In this document: positions 1 through 10,267 of the stretch, piece by piece
Numbering within the stretch: position 1 is the first letter of the stretch
Layout of the letters: each line of letters begins with the position of its first letter
NCBI GenBank assembly: GCA_009782435.1
Contig: WRJA01000002.1
Location: forward strand, 9,180-73,179
Source of the DNA: Oscillospiraceae bacterium
Lineage (GTDB): Bacteria > Bacillota > Clostridia > Oscillospirales > Oscillospiraceae
Direction: 5' to 3'
DNA: 64,000 nucleotides
The notes under the pieces: generated by a model
Database searches by the model: none
Told to the model about the DNA's origin: nothing
What the model saw: only the letters and a program-made list of their open reading frames with translations
Translations under genes and position numbers: made by a program

Positions 1-850
1 GGATTCGGCATACTTGGGAATCATCGCGCTCGGGATGGCTTTTGTCATGATCGGAGGCGGCATTGATCTGTCCGCCGGGGGGATCGTCTGCGTTGTGGGT
101 ATTTTGTGCGTCAGACTGTCCATGACGGGAGTTCCCGGCATAATCGTCGTGCTCGGCGGTATCGTTCTCGGCGCGTTTTGCGGAGTCATTAACGCGTTTT
201 TCATCACAAAGATCCGGCTCACGGAATTTGTCGCGACGCTCGCGACAGGTTTTATCTTTACCGGCCTTACGCTTGTTTTCTCGTTCCGGCAGGGACACTC
301 GATAACAACGGTGCCGGTCGTGAACAAGAGTTATCTTGCGTTCAGAGGAAATATCGGCGGCATCTACTACATCACGATCATTTGGATAATCCTCGCGATC
401 ATATTGTATTTGCTGCTTACAAAAACAAGCTTCGGGCTGCATACCTACGCCATAGGGTCTCATTCGAGATCGGCGCTGATGTCCGGGATCGATACGAGCA
501 AGGTCAAAGCCTTGGGATATCTCATAAGCGGCGGAGCGGCGGGTCTTGCCGCCGTATTGCAGGTCACCTTGATCGGCGCCTCGCCGCCTAACATCGGAAC
601 AGGCTACGAATTCCGCGCGATAGCCGCCTGTGTTGTAGGCGGGGTCGTACTCGGCGGCGGCAAGGGCGACACCTTGAGCGCGCTTTTAGGCAGCCTGTTT
701 TTGGTGATGCTGCTCAACGGTCTGTTTAAGTTCGGTCTTTCCACTTCGTGGGAATACATACTTCAAGGCGTAATCATACTGATAGCGACTGCCTTTGATG
801 CGGTATTCAACAGAATAACGGCAAAGCGCCTTTTGGCGCAATCGCATTGA
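1..850 (+). CDS. Sugar ABC transporter permease (CUT2/RbsC-like), 5' end cut by window edge
   Basis: The reading frame of ORF 14..850 stays open back to position 2. The product is multi-pass and hydrophobic, with the GGGIDLSAGG motif typical of ribose/xylose-type permeases. It lies directly upstream of the ABC ATPase gene. Confidence 0.8.
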   Translation, partial: DSAYLGIIALGMAFVMIGGGIDLSAGGIVCVVGILCVRLSMTGVPGIIVVLGGIVLGAFCGVINAFFITKIRLTEFVATLATGFIFTGLTLVFSFRQGHSITTVPVVNKSYLAFRGNIGGIYYITIIWIILAIILYLLLTKTSFGLHTYAIGSHSRSALMSGIDTSKVKALGYLISGGAAGLAAVLQVTLIGASPPNIGTGYEFRAIAACVVGGVVLGGGKGDTLSALLGSLFLVMLLNGLFKFGLSTSWEYILQGVIILIATAFDAVFNRITAKRLLAQSH

Positions 851-873
851 TCGCGCGGGGAGGGGTGTTACAG

Positions 874-2427
874 ATGCATGAAAAGACCGACGCCGTCCCC
901 GGGAGCGGCGAGACCGTGCAAACAGGCGTTTTTCTGCTGGCAACAGGCGTATTTAAACAATTCGGCGGAGTCACCGTTCTTGAAAATGTCGACCTTGACG
1001 TGAATTACGGAGAGGTACACGCGCTGATGGGCGAAAACGGCGCGGGCAAGTCGACCATTATTAAAATAATTACCGGAGTGTATACAAAAGACGCCGGAGA
1101 GATCTTTATCGACGGCCGGCATGCTGAAATAAACAGCCGCCAAGACGCCCGCGCGCTGGGCATATCCGTCATCTATCAGGAACTGAGTCTGATCCCGGCG
1201 CTGACGGTAACGGAAAACATTTTTCTCGGACTGGAAAAAACAAAATACGGCTTGCTCGATAAAAAGAGCATGCATGAGCGAGTCCGGTCGCTGGTCGATC
1301 ATTACGGATTTGATATCGACCCGGACGCGACGGTCGACACCATGGGAATGGCGCAGAGGCAGATGGCCGAAATACTCAAAGCCCTCGCTTTCAAGGCGAA
1401 ACTCATCATCATGGACGAGCCGACCTCGTCGCTGTCGGCGGCGGAGTCGGAAAAATTGTTTGAAACCATAGACGGACTGCGGAGAAAGGGCGTCGGTATC
1501 CTCTATGTCTCACACAGACTTGAAGAGGTATATCGACTGTCCGACCGTCTGACCGTTATGCGCGACGGGAAAATCGTCGGCGTACTCAAAAAGGAAGAGA
1601 TAGAATCACACAAGGTAATGACGATGATGATCGGCCGCGAAGTGAAAGGCGACGAGGAGAAGGGATCGACAAAAAGGTATGAAGACCGCTGCCTCGAGGT
1701 GAAAAACTTAGCTTACGGCAGCATGCTGAAGGACGTCAGCTTCAGAGCCTACGGCGGTGAAATACTCGGTATCGGAGGTCTTGTCGGCTCAGGGCGCACC
1801 GAGCTTATCCGATGCATATACGGGGCGGCAAAGTATTCCGAGGGCACGATAACCTTAAACGGCAAACCCGTGAGCCGGTCTATCAGAAAAAACATCAAAA
1901 ACGGTTTCGGATACGTCCCGGAGGACAGGCGCGTCGAAGGCCTTATCCCGCTTCTGACAACTGAAAAGAACATAACGATCGCAAGCTATGACAAAATTGC
2001 CTCCGCGGGGCTCGTTAACAGGAAAAAAGAGACAGATTGGGCCGACCGCGCGATAAGTGATTACGATATCCGGCCTCCGATAAGAACGTTGCCCGGAGGA
2101 AATCTCTCCGGAGGGAATCAGCAAAAGACCATACTGAGCCGCTGGTTGACAAGAGACCCGCAGATTCTCTTGCTCGACGAGCCTACGGTCGGCGTTGACG
2201 TCGGCGTGAAGATAGACTTGTACAAGCTGCTGCGCGAATTGGCGGAGAAGGGGACAATAGTTATCATGGTATCGTCCGATCTGCCGGAATTGGTGTTTTT
2301 GGCTGACCGCATACTCGTAATGCACGGCGGAAAATTCTTTGAGGAATTTGAGCGCGGGCGCGCCACTCAGTCGGCGGTGCTGCTCGCGGCTTCGGGAGTA
2401 CACACGGAGGAGGGGAAGGCGCTGTGA
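874..2427 (+). CDS. Sugar ABC transporter ATP-binding protein (duplicated ABC cassette, RbsA/MglA-like)
   Basis: Walker A motifs GENGAGKST and GLVGSGRT, signature LSGGNQQK, Walker B LLLDEPT. SD GGGGAGGGG lies upstream of ATG 874; the ORF-track start at 847 is an upstream TTG. Confidence 0.9.
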   Translation: MHEKTDAVPGSGETVQTGVFLLATGVFKQFGGVTVLENVDLDVNYGEVHALMGENGAGKSTIIKIITGVYTKDAGEIFIDGRHAEINSRQDARALGISVIYQELSLIPALTVTENIFLGLEKTKYGLLDKKSMHERVRSLVDHYGFDIDPDATVDTMGMAQRQMAEILKALAFKAKLIIMDEPTSSLSAAESEKLFETIDGLRRKGVGILYVSHRLEEVYRLSDRLTVMRDGKIVGVLKKEEIESHKVMTMMIGREVKGDEEKGSTKRYEDRCLEVKNLAYGSMLKDVSFRAYGGEILGIGGLVGSGRTELIRCIYGAAKYSEGTITLNGKPVSRSIRKNIKNGFGYVPEDRRVEGLIPLLTTEKNITIASYDKIASAGLVNRKKETDWADRAISDYDIRPPIRTLPGGNLSGGNQQKTILSRWLTRDPQILLLDEPTVGVDVGVKIDLYKLLRELAEKGTIVIMVSSDLPELVFLADRILVMHGGKFFEEFERGRATQSAVLLAASGVHTEEGKAL

Positions 2428-3464
2428 CGAAAAAACTTTTAAAAGCCGCCGGTAACCCTTGGGGACAGCGAATAACGCTGCTTATCCTTATATGCATCGT
2501 AATGGCGATATTTGAACCTATATTTTTCAAGGCTGCCAACGCGAAAAGCATACTGCTCGCGATATCCGTTAACGGCATCATGGCCTGCGGCATGTTGTTT
2601 ACGGTACTTGTCGGCGGCATGGATCTGTCGGTGGGCTCAATGGCCGGGCTGGCGGCGTCCGTGGCGTTTAAAATCGCGGAAGGTTCCGGTTTTTCGACCG
2701 GCAGCTTTATCTTGGGATGCGCCGCCGCCTTAGCGGTGTGTCTTTTGACGGGATGGCTGAACGGTTTCTTTGTGACCCGGTTCGGTTTACCGGCGTTCGT
2801 TGTTACTCTCGCCATGAAATACGCGCTTTACGGAAGCATATATATGGTCACCCGAGGATTTTATGTCTATTCGCCGGGGAACGGCCCGGCGTTCAAGATC
2901 GGCAACTCTAACGTGTTGACTATCCCGATGCCTGTCATAATATTCGCCGTTTGCGTCGCGGTCTGCGCATTTATGCTCGGCAAAACGACTTACGGTCGGC
3001 GGCTGTATGCAATAGGCGGCAATGTCAAGGCGTCAAATCTCGTCGGCATAAATTCCGATGTGAATATCAGGGTCACATACATGATTTCGAGCGTTTTGGC
3101 CGGGCTCGGCGGGATCATACTCGCGTCGATGAACGGACAGGCCGGCCAGCCGACGGCTCTTAACTATGAAGGCAATGTGCTTATGGCGATGATAGTAGGC
3201 GGCATCAACCTCGCCGGCGGCGAGGGCGGCGTCCCGGGAGCCGTTTTCGGCGCTCTGCTCGTTGGCATCATCAACAACGTCATGCTGCTCTTGGGAGTGA
3301 GTTCGGATACCACGAAATTCTTCCAGGGGATCATAATCATCGCCGCAATGTCGCTTAATATGTACACGCAAAGGCGCTCCGCAGGGCTTACGGGCAGACC
3401 CTCAGCCAAATCCTCGGCCAAATCCGCGCCGAAAGACGCAGGGTCGCCTTCAGGCTCGGAATAG
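2424..3464 (+). CDS. Sugar ABC transporter permease (CUT2 family)
   Basis: Hydrophobic multi-pass protein with a GGMDLSVGS motif. The GTG start overlaps the ATPase stop (GTGA), suggesting translational coupling. Confidence 0.85.
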   Translation: MTKKLLKAAGNPWGQRITLLILICIVMAIFEPIFFKAANAKSILLAISVNGIMACGMLFTVLVGGMDLSVGSMAGLAASVAFKIAEGSGFSTGSFILGCAAALAVCLLTGWLNGFFVTRFGLPAFVVTLAMKYALYGSIYMVTRGFYVYSPGNGPAFKIGNSNVLTIPMPVIIFAVCVAVCAFMLGKTTYGRRLYAIGGNVKASNLVGINSDVNIRVTYMISSVLAGLGGIILASMNGQAGQPTALNYEGNVLMAMIVGGINLAGGEGGVPGAVFGALLVGIINNVMLLLGVSSDTTKFFQGIIIIAAMSLNMYTQRRSAGLTGRPSAKSSAKSAPKDAGSPSGSE

Positions 3465-3528
3465 ACTGTTATTATCACAGTGAAAGGAAAATCGGGAAGT
3501 ATACCTATCCCGACCGTGTGTGGGCAAT

Positions 3529-5532
3529 ATGAGATACGAATACTTATTCGAACCTATACGCTTGGGCAATTTGCTGTTTCGCAACCGCATTTTTGCATCG
3601 CCGCAGGACACCTACCGTTTGACGAGCGAGAACTTTTTAAACGACGACGCGACCGCGTTTTATGAAATAAAGGCGCGAGGCGGTTTTGCCTCTGTCTGCG
3701 TCGGAGATTTTATGGTGGATTCGCGCGCCGGCCACAGTCACCCTTTTCAGCTGCGCGGGGACGACGTAAAAGGGCGTGTATCGCTCACTCGCACTTCGGC
3801 CTCAATAACGCGCCACGGAGCGCGGGCGGCGGTCGAACTCAATCACGCAGGACAAATAGCGGGGCCGATGGCGCAGCGAGAAGGGTTTGTGTACGGAGTT
3901 TCCGAGGGGGTTCGCTCGGACGGGACAGAGATCCGCGAGATGGACGAGGACCGGATAGAGATGCTGATAAAATGCTATGCGGACGCGGCCGCTTTCGCGA
4001 GGCAGTGCGGTTTCGGTATGATAACGCTGCACGGCGGACACGGCTGGCTCTTGGCGCAGTTCATGTCGCCTTTGACAAACAAGCGGCGGGACCGCTGGGG
4101 CGGCGACATAAATAACCGCATGCGTTTCCCGCTCGCTGTAACAGAGGCTGTTCGGCTCGCCGTCGGCCCGAATACGCCGATAGAAATGCGCATATCGGGC
4201 GCGGAGATCGTAAAAGGCGGCTACGATATCGACGAAGGAGTCGAGATAGCGCGGGCGCTGGACGGCCGCCTTGACCTGATACACATTTCTGCGGGGCATC
4301 ATGAGGATGATTCCGGCAGCATGGTGACGCATCCGACGATGTTCATGCCCGACGGCGTTAACGTGAAATATGCGGCAGAGGTCAAAAAACATGTGAAAAC
4401 GCCGGTGGCGACCGTCGGCGCTTTGACCGACCCGCGAATGATGGAGGAGATCATAGCCTCCGGCAAAGCCGATGTAGTTGAATTGGGCAGACAGACATTG
4501 GCCGATCCCGATCTGCCGCTGAAAGCAATGCTGGGAAAAGAAGACGAGATAAATAAGTGCCTGCGCTGTTTCATGTGTTTCTCCTCAAGCACAAACGCCG
4601 GCATATTCTACTGCTCCGTTAACCCGGAGGTCGGATTTGAGCGCGAAGCGCTCGCTCCGTCGGCGCTCACACGTTTTCCGAAAAAGGTACTCATTGCCGG
4701 CGGAGGCGTAGCCGGTATGCAAGCCGCGATAACAGCCGCGAAAGCGGGGCACGACGTGATTTTGTGTGAGAAATCGGACAGGCTCGGCGGAACCTTGATT
4801 TGCGAAGAAAATGTGCCTTTTAAGAGCAAGATATCGGAATACATCAAAAGGCAAAGCCTTATTGTGACCCGCTCGGGCGTCGATGTGCGTCTGAACGCCC
4901 CGGTTACGCCCGAACTCGCGGAAAAACTCAAGCCCGATGTTTTGATAGCCGCGCTCGGCTCGAAACCCGTCGTGCCGAATATCCCGGGACTGCGCGAGCG
5001 GGCAGTTCCCGCCGAAGATGTTTACCGCGATCCGACAAAAGCCGGCAAAACGGTATGTATTTTGGGCGGAGGGCTTGTCGGACTGGAACTCGGGATATAT
5101 CTCGCGCAGCTCGGCAGGACCGTCACGGTCGTCGAGATGCTCCCGGTCACTCTTGTTACAAAGGAAGAAGTATCCTCCACATCAGAGAGAATCAGCAATC
5201 CGCATGCCTTGGAACCGGGAGCCAATTTCATTCACGGGATCGCGATGGCGCAGGAGCTTTTAAAACTGCCCGAACTGAAAATCATGACCTCAACGAGGGC
5301 CGTACAAGTCACAGAAACCGGCCTTAAAGCCGAAGGCCCCTCAGGCGCAGTCGAAATAGCCGCCGAAACGGTCGTTTGCGCGGCCGGATACGCTCCGCTT
5401 TACGACGAAACAAAAACTCTCTCCGGCGTTGCGCCGGAGTTTCATCGGATAGGCGACTGCATTTTGCCCGGTAATATCAAAGAGGCGACTAAACTCGCGC
5501 ACAGGATCGCTCTCGATATAGGCCGTCTGTGA
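3529..5532 (+). CDS. 2-enoate reductase / 2,4-dienoyl-CoA reductase family flavoprotein (OYE FMN domain + Fe-S motif + FAD/NAD(P) domain)
   Basis: N-terminal OYE-type barrel motifs (ITLHGGHGWLLAQFMSP, RRDRWGG). Cys cluster CLRCFMC-x11-C. C-terminal Rossmann motifs GGGVAGM and GGGLVGLE. About 668 aa. The start is uncertain (GTG 3520 or ATG 3529). Confidence 0.8.
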   Translation: MRYEYLFEPIRLGNLLFRNRIFASPQDTYRLTSENFLNDDATAFYEIKARGGFASVCVGDFMVDSRAGHSHPFQLRGDDVKGRVSLTRTSASITRHGARAAVELNHAGQIAGPMAQREGFVYGVSEGVRSDGTEIREMDEDRIEMLIKCYADAAAFARQCGFGMITLHGGHGWLLAQFMSPLTNKRRDRWGGDINNRMRFPLAVTEAVRLAVGPNTPIEMRISGAEIVKGGYDIDEGVEIARALDGRLDLIHISAGHHEDDSGSMVTHPTMFMPDGVNVKYAAEVKKHVKTPVATVGALTDPRMMEEIIASGKADVVELGRQTLADPDLPLKAMLGKEDEINKCLRCFMCFSSSTNAGIFYCSVNPEVGFEREALAPSALTRFPKKVLIAGGGVAGMQAAITAAKAGHDVILCEKSDRLGGTLICEENVPFKSKISEYIKRQSLIVTRSGVDVRLNAPVTPELAEKLKPDVLIAALGSKPVVPNIPGLRERAVPAEDVYRDPTKAGKTVCILGGGLVGLELGIYLAQLGRTVTVVEMLPVTLVTKEEVSSTSERISNPHALEPGANFIHGIAMAQELLKLPELKIMTSTRAVQVTETGLKAEGPSGAVEIAAETVVCAAGYAPLYDETKTLSGVAPEFHRIGDCILPGNIKEATKLAHRIALDIGRL

Positions 5533-5584
5533 CAAAAGGACGTCTGTTTAATAAACGAAAACAACACAAGGGGGTCGTACATGA

Positions 5585-8341
5585 GTGAAACCCATTGATA
5601 TAAAGAACGGCAACCGCGTTTTTAAGGCGTGCAGCCTCATGGGCTGCACGAGCGGTCCGCCTGCCGTTGCGGACTCCGACAAGGACGGAAAGATCATCCG
5701 GATACGTCCGATGCATTATGAGGATCACATTGATTGGGAGAGTAAAAATCCGTGGAAGATCGAAGCCCGCGGCAGCTCTTTTTCTCCCCCGAAACGCACG
5801 GTGCCCGGAAGCTATTACACCGGATATAAAAAACGGGTGTACTCCGAAAACCGTGTCAGATATCCCCTGAAACGCGTCGATTGGGACCCGAAAGGCGAGC
5901 GCAATACGCAAAACCGAGGCAAGTCAAAATATGTGCGCATCTCCTGGGATGAGGCGGCCGAGATCGTCGCCGGCGAACTCTTACGCATCAGGGAGAAATA
6001 CGGCATGTCGGCGGTGCTTTCGGAGGCGGATATGCACGGCGAGGGCAAGCATCTTGCCCCGAGCCACGCCTGCGCGAACAAGCTTTTATCGCTTTTGGGC
6101 GGATATACGATACAGATACGCAATCAGGACAGTTGGGAAGGCTATTCATGGGGATCGAAAAACGTCTGGGGAGGCGAACCGGTCGGAGAATTGAACCCCT
6201 GCGGCAACCAATGGCCGGATATTGCCAAGCATACTGAGCTGCTGCTCTTCTGGGCGGCGGATCCCGAGACGACTTCCATGGGATTTGACGGATATATGCC
6301 GAGCCGTTTGAATTCATGGATACACAGTCTCGGAGTCAAATATGTCTATGTGGACCCGGCGCTCAACTTTTCGGCGTGCAGGATGGCGGACAAATGGATA
6401 CCGATACTGCCGAACACGGACGCCGCCGTATTTCTCGCCATCGCGTATGTTTGGCTCACCGAGGGCACATACGACAAGGAATATGTCAAAACACACACAG
6501 TCGGCGCGCAGCCGTTTTTTGATTATGTGCTCGGCAAAGAGGACGGATTGCCGAAAACGCCGGATTGGGCTTCCGAAAAATGCGGAGTGCCGGAATGGAC
6601 GATAAAGGCGTTGGCCCGCGATTGGGCCGAAAAAATAACAAGCATGTCTATAGGAAACGGCGGCCCGGGTATACGCGGCGCGTTTGCGACCGAACCCGCG
6701 AGACTGCAGTCGATATTGCTCGGCATGCAGGGCTTGGGGAAACCGGGCGTACACCACGTTAAGTGGCTTGAATGGAATTTGTTCTCATCTGTTTACCCAA
6801 TGCCGTATCAGGGCGAGGCGCCGATAAAGATTCCGCTTCGCGCGGAAATCGTCCGCCCGCGAGATTCAAAGGATTTCCACATAGCCTTGCATCTGATGGA
6901 TTTGCCGAGCAAGCTTGACAAACTGCGCGAAATGAAAAAATCAGCTTCGGGAAAACATGCGGGAAAAATCGACGAGTTGATCAAAGCGATCGAAGAAACG
7001 GCGGAGCTTTGTAAAATCACAGACAATCCCCCGCAGCAGTCGGTCCCGAAATGCATGGTGCACGACGCGATCTTAAAAGACAAGATCGAATGGTACGGCC
7101 TTTACTCTTTTTGCGGCCCGTCTGAAGAGCAGTGGCAAAAGCATGAGTTTCCGATACCGGGCCTGCCCCGGCTGCATATGATATGGACAGATTCGCCTTG
7201 CATGGTCACCTGCTGGAACGACGGGTTCAATTTCGTAAAGGCGCTGCGTTCCCCGGAGATCGAGTGCGTTGTAGCTCAACAGCCGTGGCTGGAAAACGAT
7301 TGTTATCTCGCGGATATCATACTGCCCGTGGCGACCAAGTTCGAGCTGGATGATATATGCGACGATGTCGGCGGCGGCGTTTTTACCGCCGTTTACCGCG
7401 AGCGCAAGGCATGTCCGCCCGTGGGAGAGTCTGTTGACGATTTTGAATGCGTTGCGCGGGTAGCGAAAAAAATAAGCGATGAAATATATAATGCTTACAC
7501 CGATAACGACGCGCAGACCGAAAAAATCATTGATTTATTCTGGAAGAGCAGCGGCGTCGCGCATCTCGATGAAAATGACGAATTTTACGAAAAAGATATA
7601 TTTGTCCTGCCCGCCGTCCCGGATATCCAAGATAAGCCGGTCGGGATCAACCCGTTTTATAAGGACCCGGAAAACAATCCGCTCTCAACTCCGACGGGCA
7701 AATTGGAATTCACTTCAACGGAAATAGCCAAGTATTTTCCGGACGATGAGGAGCGCCCGCCGTATCCCAAGTGGATTGAAAAAAGCGAGCTGCACGACGA
7801 GCGCCTTTCGTCGGAACGCGCGAAAAAGTATCCGTTTTTATGCGTATCCAACCACGGCAGATGGCGTTTTCACGCGAACATGGACGATATTACATGGACC
7901 CGCGAGATCGAGACTATGAAGATACGCGCGATCGACGGATATCAGTATGAGCCGATGTGGATACACCCTAAGACGGCGGCAAAGCGGGGGATAGCGCATC
8001 ATGATATCGTGAAGATACATAATGAGCGCGGCACGGTGCTGTGCGCCGCTTATGTTACGCAGCGCATCATTCCCGATACGGTGTACGTTGACCACGGTTC
8101 TCGTTTTGATCCTATAGAAGCGGAGACTCTCGACCGGGGCGGCGCCGTCAATCTGATAACTCCTCACAACATAACGGCAAAAAATGTTACAGGTATGGTC
8201 GTATCAGGTTTTCTCGTCAACGCTGAGAAGGTTACGGACGAGGAAATGGCGATCTGGAAGTCAAAATATCCGGAAGCGTTCGGCCGCAAGGTCGACGAAG
8301 CCTGCGGCGTTTGTCTTGACGGGTGGATGATAAACAAGTGA
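5585..8341 (+). CDS. Molybdopterin (bis-MGD) oxidoreductase, pyrogallol hydroxytransferase large-subunit-like
   Basis: 918 aa. From memory, the N-terminal half resembles the AthL family (KIIRIRPM, WKIEARG, RISWDEA, DSWEG, FWAADPETT, GVPEWTIKALARDWA). A C-terminal molybdopterin-binding barrel-like segment is present (HPKTAAKRGIAHHDIVKIHNERGTVLCAAYVT). GTG start with SD AAGGGGG about 10 nt upstream. No RR signal and no CxxCxxxC N-terminal cluster. Confidence 0.75.
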   Translation: MKPIDIKNGNRVFKACSLMGCTSGPPAVADSDKDGKIIRIRPMHYEDHIDWESKNPWKIEARGSSFSPPKRTVPGSYYTGYKKRVYSENRVRYPLKRVDWDPKGERNTQNRGKSKYVRISWDEAAEIVAGELLRIREKYGMSAVLSEADMHGEGKHLAPSHACANKLLSLLGGYTIQIRNQDSWEGYSWGSKNVWGGEPVGELNPCGNQWPDIAKHTELLLFWAADPETTSMGFDGYMPSRLNSWIHSLGVKYVYVDPALNFSACRMADKWIPILPNTDAAVFLAIAYVWLTEGTYDKEYVKTHTVGAQPFFDYVLGKEDGLPKTPDWASEKCGVPEWTIKALARDWAEKITSMSIGNGGPGIRGAFATEPARLQSILLGMQGLGKPGVHHVKWLEWNLFSSVYPMPYQGEAPIKIPLRAEIVRPRDSKDFHIALHLMDLPSKLDKLREMKKSASGKHAGKIDELIKAIEETAELCKITDNPPQQSVPKCMVHDAILKDKIEWYGLYSFCGPSEEQWQKHEFPIPGLPRLHMIWTDSPCMVTCWNDGFNFVKALRSPEIECVVAQQPWLENDCYLADIILPVATKFELDDICDDVGGGVFTAVYRERKACPPVGESVDDFECVARVAKKISDEIYNAYTDNDAQTEKIIDLFWKSSGVAHLDENDEFYEKDIFVLPAVPDIQDKPVGINPFYKDPENNPLSTPTGKLEFTSTEIAKYFPDDEERPPYPKWIEKSELHDERLSSERAKKYPFLCVSNHGRWRFHANMDDITWTREIETMKIRAIDGYQYEPMWIHPKTAAKRGIAHHDIVKIHNERGTVLCAAYVTQRIIPDTVYVDHGSRFDPIEAETLDRGGAVNLITPHNITAKNVTGMVVSGFLVNAEKVTDEEMAIWKSKYPEAFGRKVDEACGVCLDGWMINK

Positions 8342-8375
8342 AGGCGAATATTCGGGCGCAAAGGGGAACTCAAGA

Positions 8376-9317
8376 ATGAAAGAAGAATATACCGTTAAAC
8401 TCAGCAGGGTAGTCGAAGAACTCTCGCTGTCGATCATTCATGCCTCAACGAAGTTTGCCGAGGACGTTATCCGGACTCCGGACGTCAACAGACCGGGACT
8501 TCAGTTGACCGGTTTTTATGACCGTTTTGAACCCGAAAGGGTGCAGGTGTTCGGTAAAGTCGAGACAGCGTATATGAACGCGGTCTCGAAAGAAGAGCGG
8601 CTTTTTAAATATGAAAGACTTATGAGCAGCGGTATCAGGGCTATGGTCATATGTCACGCGCTGGACCCGATGCCGGAATGCAAAGCGGCTGCTGAAAAAT
8701 ACGACGTAAATCTCTTGGGTACGGACGAGGATACCTCAAGATTCATTGCGGGACTTATAGCGTCGCTTGCGATGCATCTTGCGGAACGAATAACCATGCA
8801 CGGCGTTCTTGTTGAGGTGCACGGCGAGGGTATTTTGATCACGGGAGACAGCGGGATCGGAAAAAGCGAGACCGCGCTCGAACTTGTTAAGCGCGGGCAC
8901 AGACTCATTGCGGACGACGCGGTGGAGATCAAGCGCGCTTCCCGCGTGACTCTTGTGGGATACGCCCCGGAGATCATACGATACTACATGGAAGTCCGCG
9001 GTATAGGAATAATAGACGTGAGAAACATCTTCGGCGCCGCGTCCGTTAAACCGATCACAAAAATAGACATGATCGCCGATCTGAAAGAATGGAATGAATC
9101 CGTTGCCTATGACAGGCTCGGGCTGGAACCGCATTATATGACCGTTATGGACATAGAGGTCCCGTATACGGTCATTCCGGTGCTGCCCGGGCGAAATCTC
9201 GCTGTTTTGCTTGAAGTCGCCGCTGTAAACAACCGGCAGAAGAGAATGGGATACAACGCCGCCAAGGTTTTGACGGAGCGCCATGATGACAGCATAAGCA
9301 AGGGATGGATGGACTGA
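8376..9317 (+). CDS. hprK: HPr kinase/phosphorylase
   Basis: Signature GDSGIGKSETALELVKRGHRLIADD. 313 aa. SD AAAGGGGA upstream. Confidence 0.95.
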   Translation: MKEEYTVKLSRVVEELSLSIIHASTKFAEDVIRTPDVNRPGLQLTGFYDRFEPERVQVFGKVETAYMNAVSKEERLFKYERLMSSGIRAMVICHALDPMPECKAAAEKYDVNLLGTDEDTSRFIAGLIASLAMHLAERITMHGVLVEVHGEGILITGDSGIGKSETALELVKRGHRLIADDAVEIKRASRVTLVGYAPEIIRYYMEVRGIGIIDVRNIFGAASVKPITKIDMIADLKEWNESVAYDRLGLEPHYMTVMDIEVPYTVIPVLPGRNLAVLLEVAAVNNRQKRMGYNAAKVLTERHDDSISKGWMD

Positions 9318-10241
9318 ATGACCGTCAGCGCCTCCGCGATCCGAAAGATCGCGTCCCGTTTTCCGAAAATTGAAATCAAACCGGATGAGATCATGAGCCG
9401 TCATTGCTCTTTCAAAATAGGCGGCCCTGCGGCGGCGGTAGTTTTTCCCGAAACGGAGGAAGATATCGCGGGAGTATGCGAATTGCTGAAGGAGACGGGA
9501 ATTAAGCCGTTTATAATGGGTAACGGGACAAATCTGCTTTTTACGGACGGAAAGCTTGACCGCGTCGTCATTAAAACCGGAAACAGGGTTTCGGAAATAA
9601 GAAAGACCGGGAGCGAGACGTTGTCTGCGTGCTGCGGGGCGACGTTGGCAAAATTGGCTGAAACGGCGTTGGACATGGGCCTTTCGGGGCTTGAATTCGC
9701 CTGCGGGATACCGGGTACGCTCGGCGGGGCGGTAGTTATGAACGCCGGGGCATACGGCGGGGAGATGAAAGACGTAATATCGCGCACGTATTACCTTGAT
9801 GAAGAATTAACTCCCCGCGCGGTTGAGGGAAAAGAGCAGGAGTTTTCATACAGACGCAGCGTTTTTTCCGATACGGACAAGACGATTATGAGATGCGATA
9901 TCGACCTGAAACCGGAGGACCCGGAAAAGATACGCGCCGAAATGCGGAGCATCGCCGAAAAAAGACGTAATTCCCAACCGATAGACAAGCCTTCAGCGGG
10001 TAGTGTTTTTAAGAGGCCCGAAAACGGCTACGCCGCGGCTCTGATAGAGGCTTCGGGGCTGAAAGGATTCGGCATCGGCGGAGCCGCCGTGTCGGAAAAA
10101 CACGCCGGTTTTATTATTAACCGCGGCAACGCAACATTTGAAGACGTTATAAAACTGATCGAACACATTCGTGAGACGGTATACGCCGATACCGGGGTCG
10201 ATCTTGAAACGGAAATAAAAATAGTCGGCAAATCTCAGTAA
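9318..10241 (+). CDS. murB: UDP-N-acetylenolpyruvoylglucosamine reductase
   Basis: 307 aa. FAD-binding domain motifs (FKIGGPA, MGNGTNLLF) and a C-terminal MurB segment (SAGSVFKRP, GGAAVSEKHAGFIIN). The ATG abuts the hprK stop. Confidence 0.9.
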   Translation: MTVSASAIRKIASRFPKIEIKPDEIMSRHCSFKIGGPAAAVVFPETEEDIAGVCELLKETGIKPFIMGNGTNLLFTDGKLDRVVIKTGNRVSEIRKTGSETLSACCGATLAKLAETALDMGLSGLEFACGIPGTLGGAVVMNAGAYGGEMKDVISRTYYLDEELTPRAVEGKEQEFSYRRSVFSDTDKTIMRCDIDLKPEDPEKIRAEMRSIAEKRRNSQPIDKPSAGSVFKRPENGYAAALIEASGLKGFGIGGAAVSEKHAGFIINRGNATFEDVIKLIEHIRETVYADTGVDLETEIKIVGKSQ

Positions 10242-10267
10242 AAATACACCGGTGGAGGGCGCGGCAT

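Noticed and set aside
8736-9404. 222-aa ORF antisense to hprK/murB
   Set aside because: It overlaps two confidently identified genes on the opposite strand, and no motifs are present. It is a shadow ORF.
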